Of a DNA stretch of 42,024 nt, positions 18,154 to 25,900 are shown piece by piece. The notes beneath the pieces are model-generated. The model made no database searches and was not told the DNA's origin. It saw only the letters and a program-made list of their open reading frames with translations. Source of the stretch: Acidimicrobiia bacterium (lineage in GTDB: Bacteria; Actinomycetota; Acidimicrobiia; Spongiisociales; SHLN01); contig JAOTYB010000002.1 in assembly GCA_029862065.1 (NCBI GenBank), positions 1 to 42,024 on the forward strand, given 5' to 3'. Each line of letters starts with the position of its first letter. Positions within the stretch are counted from its first letter, which is position 1. A program made the position numbers and the translations under genes.

Positions 18154-19152
18154 TCACCGGACTTGGACGGTCGCGGCTTTCTCCGCCAAGGACTCAGTCC
18201 CGCGCTCGACCCGGGCAAACATGCCCTTCTCATACCAACGAGGCACGACGCGACGCTCGAGCGCCGGCCAGGCGCCGGCCTGGAACTCCTCGAGCAACTC
18301 GAGGATGCCAAATGCGGCTCCCCCATTCCAGTGCGTGGGGTGACCCCAGCCGAGGGCCTTGGCCAAACCGTCCAGGTCGAGAGAGACGAGATGGGCCGAC
18401 CGCTCCACACGACTGTCTGGGTAGGTGAACCCGCTCAGCTTCTCGGCCGGTACTGACGTGCGGGCGAAGGCCACCACAGTGTCACGCGTCCCGACAGGGA
18501 GCTGCTCGCGACCCCACCCGAACAATTCGATGTCCACCAGCGGAACATCAATCTCTTCCTTGACGACTCGATGGGCCGCCCGGAACGGGTTGGGCCGGCC
18601 GGTGTCATCGAAGTCGGCAATGTTGAGTTGAGAATCGACCGAGCTGGTCCACACGAGGCGTCCGGCTGGAGGCTCCCTTATCTCCTGCACCAGGGTCCAG
18701 TCCTGTCCCTGGTCATCAGTGGCGACCAGCCACAGTTCCAAAGACATCTCCCCACTCGCGAACCGACCGCCGGAGGCGGCAATGGCGTCGACCGTCTCGC
18801 GCGGGCCCTCCGAGCCCACGAACCCCTCCACCAGGAACCCGAGGTCGGATCCCGCGAAGGTGAGCGGTCCTAGTCCCGACCGCCAGGGAGCAGTCCGGAC
18901 AAACAGGCGTTTTGCCAGGAGCTTCAGGGGGCCGGCCAGCACCAGACTGGCAACCACCAGCGCCGCGATACCACCCGTTGCGGCCGAATCAAAGCCACCG
19001 TAGAACCATCCTGTGAGGGCGGCGGCTGCCGTAATGGCGATAAAGGCAATGAATCGCTTCCCTCGCAGCCGTTGAATCCACCAGCCTGCTCGTCTGAGAC
19101 GTTGTCTCACCAGCACTCCCTTCATTGTCAACCCGCCACGGAGCGTAGTCAA
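18154..19152 (-). CDS. Membrane-anchored hypothetical protein with a degenerate Nudix-like soluble domain (paralog A)
   Basis: TTG at 19152, or ATG at 19125 (MKGVLV...). Two TM segments. The soluble domain reads LELWLVATDDQGQDWTLVQ...GRLVWTSS...GRPNPFRAAHRVVKEEIDV. RVVKEEIDV resembles the REUXEEXGU part of the Nudix box but lacks the upstream GX5E. Confidence 0.65.
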   Translation of the reverse strand: MTTLRGGLTMKGVLVRQRLRRAGWWIQRLRGKRFIAFIAITAAAALTGWFYGGFDSAATGGIAALVVASLVLAGPLKLLAKRLFVRTAPWRSGLGPLTFAGSDLGFLVEGFVGSEGPRETVDAIAASGGRFASGEMSLELWLVATDDQGQDWTLVQEIREPPAGRLVWTSSVDSQLNIADFDDTGRPNPFRAAHRVVKEEIDVPLVDIELFGWGREQLPVGTRDTVVAFARTSVPAEKLSGFTYPDSRVERSAHLVSLDLDGLAKALGWGHPTHWNGGAAFGILELLEEFQAGAWPALERRVVPRWYEKGMFARVERGTESLAEKAATVQVR

Positions 19153-19184
19153 AGTTTTCGCGATTCGCCAGAGAAAAACCTGGC

Positions 19185-19988
19185 TCAGACGTCGACCGCA
19201 GGAAGCTCGACGACCTCACCCGGGTAGATGAGGTCGGGATTTCCCGAACGAATGGTCGCCTTGTTGGCCGCTATCACCCGCACCCAATATCGGGCGATCT
19301 CGTGCTCGCCGAGATCGGTCTTCCCGAGCACCCGCTCGAGGTGGGATTCCGACAAGCTCCACAGATGATCGCCCCGTCGCACGGTCACCTGGTGGCTGAT
19401 CGTGCCATCGACGACCGCGGTCGGCTCGCCCGGTTGCTCGGTGGGCTCCATCTTGGGTTGCGGTGCCAGGTGGGGTGGGAGAACGACGTCGTCGGAGCGC
19501 ACAGCGCTTGGGGGAGCACCCGGCGGATGCATCCTGCCTTCACTGTCTACCTCAACCACCACCTGCTGGTCTGCGCCCGCCAACTTGGCGATGGCCGGCG
19601 CCAGCGGGCTCGCCAGCGCCGAGGCGGCGATGGAAAGAGCAACTGCCCGGCTGATGAGACGACGAACAGCCGGAAGTGTGAGCCACCCGACTGCTCTGAT
19701 CGCCGTCGAATTGCCCGACCGCGATGCCACGGCGTAGAACACGGTGGACAGCAGCAGCCAATAGGCGAGGCCGAGGGCGATCACCAGCAAGATGGCACCC
19801 GCCGCGTCCTCGAACGGCGTCCGGTCGAGCCACCCGTTTATGTCCGACCAATCGATTCCGAATCCGTCAACCCGAGCAAGCAGGTGTAGTCCGGCCACCA
19901 TCAGGACTTCGACGAGCACCAGACCAAATAGCCTCAATCGATGGGGAAGCCGCATCGGATCAACGTACATCGAGGCTGACCCGCTCAT
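19185..19988 (-). CDS. Membrane protein with C-terminal LysM peptidoglycan-binding domain
   Basis: LysM-like C-terminus HQVTVRRGDHLWSLSESHL...IYPGEVVELP. There are 2-3 TM segments upstream. The start is uncertain: in-frame ATGs lie at 20090, 19988, 19970 and 19955. The ORF-track start at 20255 overlaps the better-supported small ORF. Confidence 0.7.
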   Translation of the reverse strand: MSGSASMYVDPMRLPHRLRLFGLVLVEVLMVAGLHLLARVDGFGIDWSDINGWLDRTPFEDAAGAILLVIALGLAYWLLLSTVFYAVASRSGNSTAIRAVGWLTLPAVRRLISRAVALSIAASALASPLAPAIAKLAGADQQVVVEVDSEGRMHPPGAPPSAVRSDDVVLPPHLAPQPKMEPTEQPGEPTAVVDGTISHQVTVRRGDHLWSLSESHLERVLGKTDLGEHEIARYWVRVIAANKATIRSGNPDLIYPGEVVELPAVDV

Positions 19989-20259
19989 GGGCGAGTGAAC
20001 GGCAGGTCGGGACCGTTCCACCCGGCTGATCGTCTCGGGCAGGAACCTGGGGAAGGCTCCACCTGGGGCGGGCCGGGCGAGCCGTTCCATCGTCAAAGAG
20101 CCTCCGTAGTCGACTGACCGCCTCCTCGGATGTGAGGCCGGCCTCCTTGCTGACCCGCCCGTAGTCGAGCAGCGACGCATCGAGTCGGATGTCGATGGCA
20201 TCGTGATCGAGCCGGCGAACTGCTTGGAGCGGTCGTTTGCCGGCCGGCAGCTCACTCAT
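19960..20259 (-). CDS. Small hypothetical protein, possibly a DNA-binding regulator
   Basis: ATG 20257-20259 has a GGAGG (20264-20268 on the minus strand) 4-5 nt upstream. The N-terminal 60 aa look globular (LLDYGRVSKEAGLTSEEAVSRLRRLF). The C-terminal third is low complexity and overlaps alternative LysM-frame starts. Confidence 0.45.
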   Translation of the reverse strand: MSELPAGKRPLQAVRRLDHDAIDIRLDASLLDYGRVSKEAGLTSEEAVSRLRRLFDDGTARPARPRWSLPQVPARDDQPGGTVPTCRSLAHERVSLDVR

Positions 20260-20406
20260 TGCTCCTCCCTCATTAGTACTGTATAACACTATACATTCTA
20301 AAGATAGGTTGTCAGATGTTTTTTCCTTTTGATGATATTTAAATCATGTTATACAGTGCCAAAACGCAGTCGCAGAAACGCTGGGACCGAACGGAAAGGG
20401 AATCGC
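20260..20406. promoter_or_regulatory. AT-rich divergent promoter/operator region with an 11-bp inverted repeat
   Basis: The line 20281-20340 has 16 G+C of 60 by hand count, against about 40 of 60 in typical coding lines. ACTGTATAACA (20278-20288) and its exact reverse complement TGTTATACAGT (20347-20357) lie next to the two divergent starts. An internal palindrome GTATAacacTATAC sits at 20281-20294. TTGTCA at 20309-20314 and GATATT at 20334-20339 are a possible -35/-10 pair for the plus-strand gene. Confidence 0.55.
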
Positions 20407-20667
20407 ATGGCAATGGACATGGTGGGAGCAAATCTCGACCAGATGCAGGCAATGGGGCAGAGGTTCGAGGCAGAGGCCGTGGAGGTCGAGGCCCTGATTA
20501 CGCGATTGACGTCGGTCGTGGAAGAGACCCGCTGGGAAGGCAAGTACGCCCGCGACTTCGAGGCGCGGTGGAACACCGAGTTCAAGGGCGCCCTCAAGAA
20601 CCTGGCCGGCGCTCTCCGAGAAGCCAAGACCGTGGTCGACACCAACCGCAGCAATCGCCAACGGTGA
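20407..20667 (+). CDS. WXG100 family (ESAT-6-like) type VII secretion substrate
   Basis: ATG 20407 has AAGGGA upstream. The 86-aa product has a predicted helix-turn-helix hairpin with a central W-x-G (ETRWEGKYARDFEARW). The N-terminal pattern LDQMQAMGQRFEAEAVEVEALITRL is typical of the family. Confidence 0.8.
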   Translation: MAMDMVGANLDQMQAMGQRFEAEAVEVEALITRLTSVVEETRWEGKYARDFEARWNTEFKGALKNLAGALREAKTVVDTNRSNRQR

Positions 20668-20719
20668 AATCGAACTGAGCCAGGTCGCCCAGCCCTAGCT
20701 GCCGGGTACGCTGGCGCCG

Positions 20720-21289
20720 ATGACTGTGAAGCGATGTGAATGGGCGGGAGACGACCCCCTGTATGTGGCCTATCACGACGACGAATGGGGAACGCCCGAG
20801 CATGACGACACCAAGCTCTTCGAGTTCGTCGTGTTGGAGAGTGCCCAGGCTGGTCTCAGCTGGATAACCATCCTCAAGAAACGGGAGAACTATCGCAAGG
20901 CCTTCGCTCGGTTCGACCCGGAAAAGATTGCTCGCTTCACACCTGCCAAGGTCGAGCGGTTGTTGCAGGACGCCGGGATCGTCCGCAACCGCCAGAAAAT
21001 CGAAGCCTCCATCGGCAACGCGCAGGTAGCCCTCGGGATTCGGGACGAACTCGGCAGCATTGGCGCCTACTTCTGGAACTTCGTCGACGGCCAGCCGATC
21101 ATCAACCGTTTCAAGGCCATGTCGGACATCCCGGCCAAGACCGACATCTCAGAGGCCATGGCCAAGGACATGAAGGCGCGGGGATTCAAGTTCTTCGGGC
21201 CGACCATCGCCTACGCCCACATGCAAGCGATGGGTTTGGTCAACGACCACACGATGTCTTGCTTTCGCTGGAAAGAAGTCCAGGGCTGA
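20720..21289 (+). CDS. tag: DNA-3-methyladenine glycosylase I
   Basis: MTVKRCEWAG..PLYVAYHDDEWGTPEHDD.KLFEFVVLESAQAGLSWITILKKRENYRKAF matches Tag as recalled. Length is 189 aa. Confidence 0.93.
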   Translation: MTVKRCEWAGDDPLYVAYHDDEWGTPEHDDTKLFEFVVLESAQAGLSWITILKKRENYRKAFARFDPEKIARFTPAKVERLLQDAGIVRNRQKIEASIGNAQVALGIRDELGSIGAYFWNFVDGQPIINRFKAMSDIPAKTDISEAMAKDMKARGFKFFGPTIAYAHMQAMGLVNDHTMSCFRWKEVQG

Positions 21290-21313
21290 GCGTTCGCCAC
21301 CCCTAGCCCCCCT

Positions 21314-21358
21314 GGAGTTCGGCAAAGCCGAACTCCCAAGCAACGCCTTTGGCGTTGC
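21314..21358. repeat. Third copy of the bipartite double-hairpin module, between convergent genes (also a likely bidirectional terminator)
   Basis: Hairpin A is ggagttcggc-aaa-gccgaactcc (21314-21336), then caa. Hairpin B is gcaacgcc-ttt-ggcgttgc (21340-21358). This is the same architecture as 14669-14712. Confidence 0.75.
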
Positions 21359-21365
21359 CGTTGCC

Positions 21366-22142
21366 TTATTCGTTGAGGTATTGCTCGAACTCGGTGCCGG
21401 CGTAGCGGGCAGTTAGTTCATCGAAGTTGATCACCGCGGTGGCCAGATTGTCGGGGGTCGCCTTCTTGAGCGCCGACCCCTTGTAGGTGTAGTTGGCGAT
21501 GCCGAGGAAGCCTGCAACGCGCTCCATGGTGGCGTCCTTGCCTGGGCCATCCACGAAGTCCTCGTATTGCACCCGGATGATGGCCTCGGGCCCCAGCATG
21601 GCCACCGCCTCATCCCAGAACTCCTGCGACTGGCCGTGCAGAGCTACCGACTCCTCGACTTTTGCGTGGAACTTCTCGAGGTCGAGCAGGCTGGGGGGCC
21701 GCACGCCGGCTTTCTCGAATTGGCTCTTGCCTTCCTCATGGTGACGGTAGGTGGACAACGCATGCTTGATCCGGTTGCGGCGCTCCAACAGAACCACCTT
21801 GGTTTCGGAATCGAGCAGCAGCTTCAGCAGTGCCGTGCGGTCTTCGATGGAGTGGGCGTGCATTTTGAAACCCGCGTAGGTGAAGTCCGCCCGGCGCGGC
21901 TCTTGAAAGTGCGGGTTCTTGCCCAACTCCTCGAGCCAGGCGGCGTAGGCGGGGCCCGACCGATCCTCCGGCGGGGAAAAGACGGTGCGCATCCAGTCGA
22001 GGCGTTCGGCGTCGGTGACTTCCCACGCCCAGCGCTCGAGCGGCTCAAATCCGGGGACAAACACCTCGGAGTCGCTGCCGATGGTCTGCACGAGCCAGGA
22101 GCTGCCGGTATTTCCATAGAACACAAGGAGGAACGATCGCAT
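21366..22142 (-). CDS. Sulfotransferase family protein (Stf0-like)
   Basis: Start at ATG 22140-22142 (MRSFLLVFYGNTGSSWL). 5'-PSB-like loop GNTGSSW and 3'-PB-like LLERRNRIKHALS. The ORF-track N-terminal extension of 56 codons is rejected. Confidence 0.7.
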   Translation of the reverse strand: MRSFLLVFYGNTGSSWLVQTIGSDSEVFVPGFEPLERWAWEVTDAERLDWMRTVFSPPEDRSGPAYAAWLEELGKNPHFQEPRRADFTYAGFKMHAHSIEDRTALLKLLLDSETKVVLLERRNRIKHALSTYRHHEEGKSQFEKAGVRPPSLLDLEKFHAKVEESVALHGQSQEFWDEAVAMLGPEAIIRVQYEDFVDGPGKDATMERVAGFLGIANYTYKGSALKKATPDNLATAVINFDELTARYAGTEFEQYLNE

Positions 22143-22176
22143 TGCGCAATGGTAGGCAAGCAGGTGAGTTGATCGA

Positions 22177-22983
22177 CTACTCGAAGGCCTCGTCGCGAGC
22201 TGCGATCGCCCGGCTCGCCTCATCCCAATAGCCGTAGGTGCCATCGGCCAGAAACTCTCGAGCAGCGGTTTCCACCGCGCCGATACCGACCAAGCTGAAG
22301 GCGCCCCCAATCGAGACCCGCTTCACTCCCAGCTCAGCCAACTCCGGTACCGATGGGGTGCCGGGCAGCGCCAGCACATTCACGGGAAGATCAACCGACT
22401 CCACTACCCGACGGATGTCGGCGGCATCGGTGAGGCCGGGAGCGTAGAGGACGTCGGCACCCGCTTCCTGGAACGCCTGAAGGCGGGTGATCGTGTCATC
22501 GAGATCGGGCCGGTCATGAATGTGGTTCTCGGCCCGGGCCGTGAGGACCAGGCCACCGGGTGCGGCATGAGCGGCTTCGGCGGCGGCCCGCACCCGATCG
22601 GCCGCGTGGGCCAGCTCGTAGATCGAGTCGGAATCGGGGCCCGAGTAGTCCTCGACCGAGCAGCCTGCCAAGCCGATCTCTACAGCCGTCCGAATGGTGT
22701 CGGCCACGCCGGCCGGATCATCGGCGAACCCGTTCTCGAAATCGGCGTTCACGGGAAGGTCGGTGGCGGCGACGATCTCTGCCGCATGGGCAAAGGCTTC
22801 GTCACGGGTGACTCGGCCGTCCAACCGACCAAGGGTGGCCGCATGACCGGAGCTGGTGGTGGCCAGCGCTTGAAACCCCAGCGAAGCAAATAGGCGGGCC
22901 GACCCGACATCCCATGGGTTGGGAAGCAAGAGCGGGGCCGCTTGGTGGTGGAGCTGCAGGAAGAAGTCGGCGGTACGGGACAT
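22177..22983 (-). CDS. Isocitrate lyase/PEP mutase family protein (2-methylisocitrate lyase-like)
   Basis: LLPNPWDVGSARLFASLGFQALATTSSG, CSVEDY and ARAE are typical of the ICL/PEPM superfamily. Confidence 0.85.
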   Translation of the reverse strand: MSRTADFFLQLHHQAAPLLLPNPWDVGSARLFASLGFQALATTSSGHAATLGRLDGRVTRDEAFAHAAEIVAATDLPVNADFENGFADDPAGVADTIRTAVEIGLAGCSVEDYSGPDSDSIYELAHAADRVRAAAEAAHAAPGGLVLTARAENHIHDRPDLDDTITRLQAFQEAGADVLYAPGLTDAADIRRVVESVDLPVNVLALPGTPSVPELAELGVKRVSIGGAFSLVGIGAVETAAREFLADGTYGYWDEASRAIAARDEAFE

Positions 22984-22989
22984 GGGTAC

Positions 22990-25900
22990 TCAGTTCCGGA
23001 AGGCCAGGCCCTTGTAGGAATCAACGAATCCGGCCGCCAGCAGCAGGCCCCCGAGGGGCGTGGTGGCGGCTCGCTCACCATCGACCGTCTCGATCTCGAA
23101 ACGCCGGCGGCGGGCCGCCAGCTTGCGGAGCACGTCGACCGTTTGGTTGAGGGCTCCCTCATCCTCGGTGAATGTCAGGAGCTTGCGTCCTCCCCGCTCA
23201 ACGAAGACCGTCAAGGCTCCCCCGACCGTGATGACAAAGGCCCCGGCCGAGCGACTGGGTCGGCCGACTTCCGTGGCCGGCCAGCCCACCGCGGCTCCAT
23301 AGGGGTTGGCGGGGTCGGCGGCCGCCAAAATCCGTGCCTCACCATCGGAGGGCTGCCGCAGTCGATCCACCGCTCCCGGCGACGCAAACTGGGCCCCTCC
23401 CAGGCCCTCGATGAAATAGCCGCGCCGCACCTGGCCGGCGTCTTCCAGGACCCGCAACACCGGGTAGATGCCGGAGAAGCCGCCGGGAATCCCCTCAGCA
23501 CCGGCCACATCGCGAGTGAGGATGCCCGTCCGTTCCAGCACCTGGTCGGCCAGGGCCTTGGTTCGCACCGTCAGCTCCGGTGCCGGTTGCAACAAGGACT
23601 CGACGAGATACCAGCGCCCACTTCCGGCTGGAGGGGAGGCCGACGGAAGCCGCGGACGTTTGGACCTGGTGGTTCGTTTCACCTTGCCCCACAAGAAGGC
23701 TCGCAGCGGCCCAATGGTGTCGTTGGTCACTTCGCCGGCCCACACCAGATCCCACAGGGCAGCCAGAGTGTCCTGCGGATCGCGGCCTCCGGCCGCCTCA
23801 TACAGGTCACGGAAGAACGAAGCCCCGTGCTCGGTGAGCTGGGTCCGCAGGCGATCATGAATCGGGTCGGCCGGACGATCGGCCTTCGACGAAAGGTGAA
23901 GCAACGGGATCTGTTCCCGCAGATAGAGGGAGAGACGGCCGTCGTTGGCGGCCAGCGGCTCACGGCCCACCCACACGACATCTCCCGACGCCATGAGCTG
24001 ATCAAGCAACTCGGGTCCATAGGTCATACGAGACGGGAGCACATCTATCTCGAGGATCGAAGCCGGGATCGAGGCACCTTGCAGCTGGCGGATGATCTCG
24101 AAGAGGCGATCCAGGCTCGACTGGTGGTTGCCGAGATGATGCCAGCGGGCCAGGAACTCACCAAGAGCCGCCGGCTCCACCGGCTCAACCTCGGAGCGCA
24201 GCTTGGCCAGTGATCGACGTCGCAGCCGCCGGAGCACATCGGTGTCCACCCACTCCTGGCCGTTGCCGGCCGGGAGAAAGGCCCCGCGGGCCGTCCGACC
24301 GTCGGCTTCCAGGCGATTGAGCACCTCATCGACCACGGCCGGCGCCAGGCCCAGAGCGGTTGCCGCCTGCCGGGAGGTGAACGGCCCGTGGGTGCGGGCG
24401 AAACGCCCCACCACGTCGCCCAATGGATCATCGACCGGCTCCAGAAAGGCAGCGGGCACGCCCTGGGGAAGGGCTACCCCGAGAGCGTCGCGGAGCCGGG
24501 CCGCATCCTCCACCGCCGACCAGCGTTCCCCATCACTCATCGAAAGGTGCAACACCTGACGCGACTCCTCGAGTTGGGTGAGGAACCGGTCGAGATCACC
24601 ATCTACTCGCGCTTCCAGGTCGAGGCGGGAGAGGGGACCGAGATGACGCAACAGGTCGTGGACGTTGGTTGGGGTGCGGGCGTGCCGTTCCGGAGGCAGT
24701 CGCTGCAGTTCCATCTCGACCTCCGCCACGACGTCGCCGTCCAGCAGGCTGCGCAGCTCCGGCTCACCCATGAGCTCGGCCAACAGACTGCGATCGAGCG
24801 TGAGGGCGGCCGCCCGGCGTTCGGCCGGTGGAGCGTCGTACTCGTACATATAGGCGGCGATGAAGTCGAAGGTGAGCGACGAGGCGAACGGGCTGGGCGC
24901 ATCGAGCGAGACGTCGGTGATGCGCACCTTGCGGGCCCGGACGTCGCCGAGCAACTCGGTGAGAGCGGGCAGATCGAAGTGCTCCTTCAGCACCTCACGA
25001 TAGGTCTCGAGCACAATCGGAAAGGAGGGGTAGTTGCGAGCGATCTTCAGCAAGTCGGCCGAGCGCCGACGCTGCAGCCACAACGGAGTGCGGTCACCCG
25101 GGCGGCGGCGAGGGAGCAGCAGGGCCCGGCCGGCCGCCTCCCGGAAGCGTGAGGCAAACAGAGCGCTGTTGGCCACCTCCTCCACCACCAGTTCCTCCAA
25201 TTCCTCAGGTTCCACCAGCAAGGCATCGACAGGAGGGGGCTCATCGGCGTCGGGGAATCGAAACACCATGCCGTCGTCGGTCCACATCGCGTCGACCTCG
25301 TAGTCGTAGGTGGACCGCAGCTTGGCGGAGGCCGCCAGCGACCAGGGGGCGTGCACCCGGGCCCCAAACGGCGAAAGCAGCACCATCCGCCAGTCGCCGA
25401 TCTCGTCGCGGTAGCGCTCGATCACAATGGTCCGATCGGTGGGCAGGGTACCGGTCGCTTCTTTCTCTTCGGCGATGAAGGCGGCCAGGTTGGCGGCCGC
25501 CCAGGGGTCGAACCGGTATCGCTCCACCAGGCTCTGCTCGGCTTCGTCCTTGCTCTTGGCCCCCATCTCGCGAATGAACCTGCCGATCGCCCTTCCCAGT
25601 TCGAGGGGCCGACCCACCATGTCCCCATGCCAGAACGGGAGCTTGCTGGGGGTGCCGGGAGGGGCCGGCGTCACCCGCACCCGGTCATGATCGATTTCGT
25701 TGATGCGCCAGGCGGTGGACCCGAGGGTGATGACGTCGCCGGGACGCGACTCGTACACCATCTCTTCGTCGAGCTCGCCGACGTGGCCGCCCTCGGGCAG
25801 CGACACGCGATACATGCCCCGATCGGGGATGGTGCCCGGGTTGGTGACGGCCAGCATCTGGGCTCCAGGGCGGGCGCTGAGTGAACCGTCGACCCGATCC

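Noticed and set aside
20276-20296. TACTGTATAACACTATACAT resembles the E. coli-type LexA SOS box (CTGT-N8-ACAG), and the DNA-repair gene tag is nearby.
   Set aside because: The distal half reads ATAC, not ACAG. Actinobacterial LexA recognises a different motif (TCGAAC-N4-GTTCGA type). tag is separated from the site by the WXG100 gene. I kept it only as a generic operator candidate.
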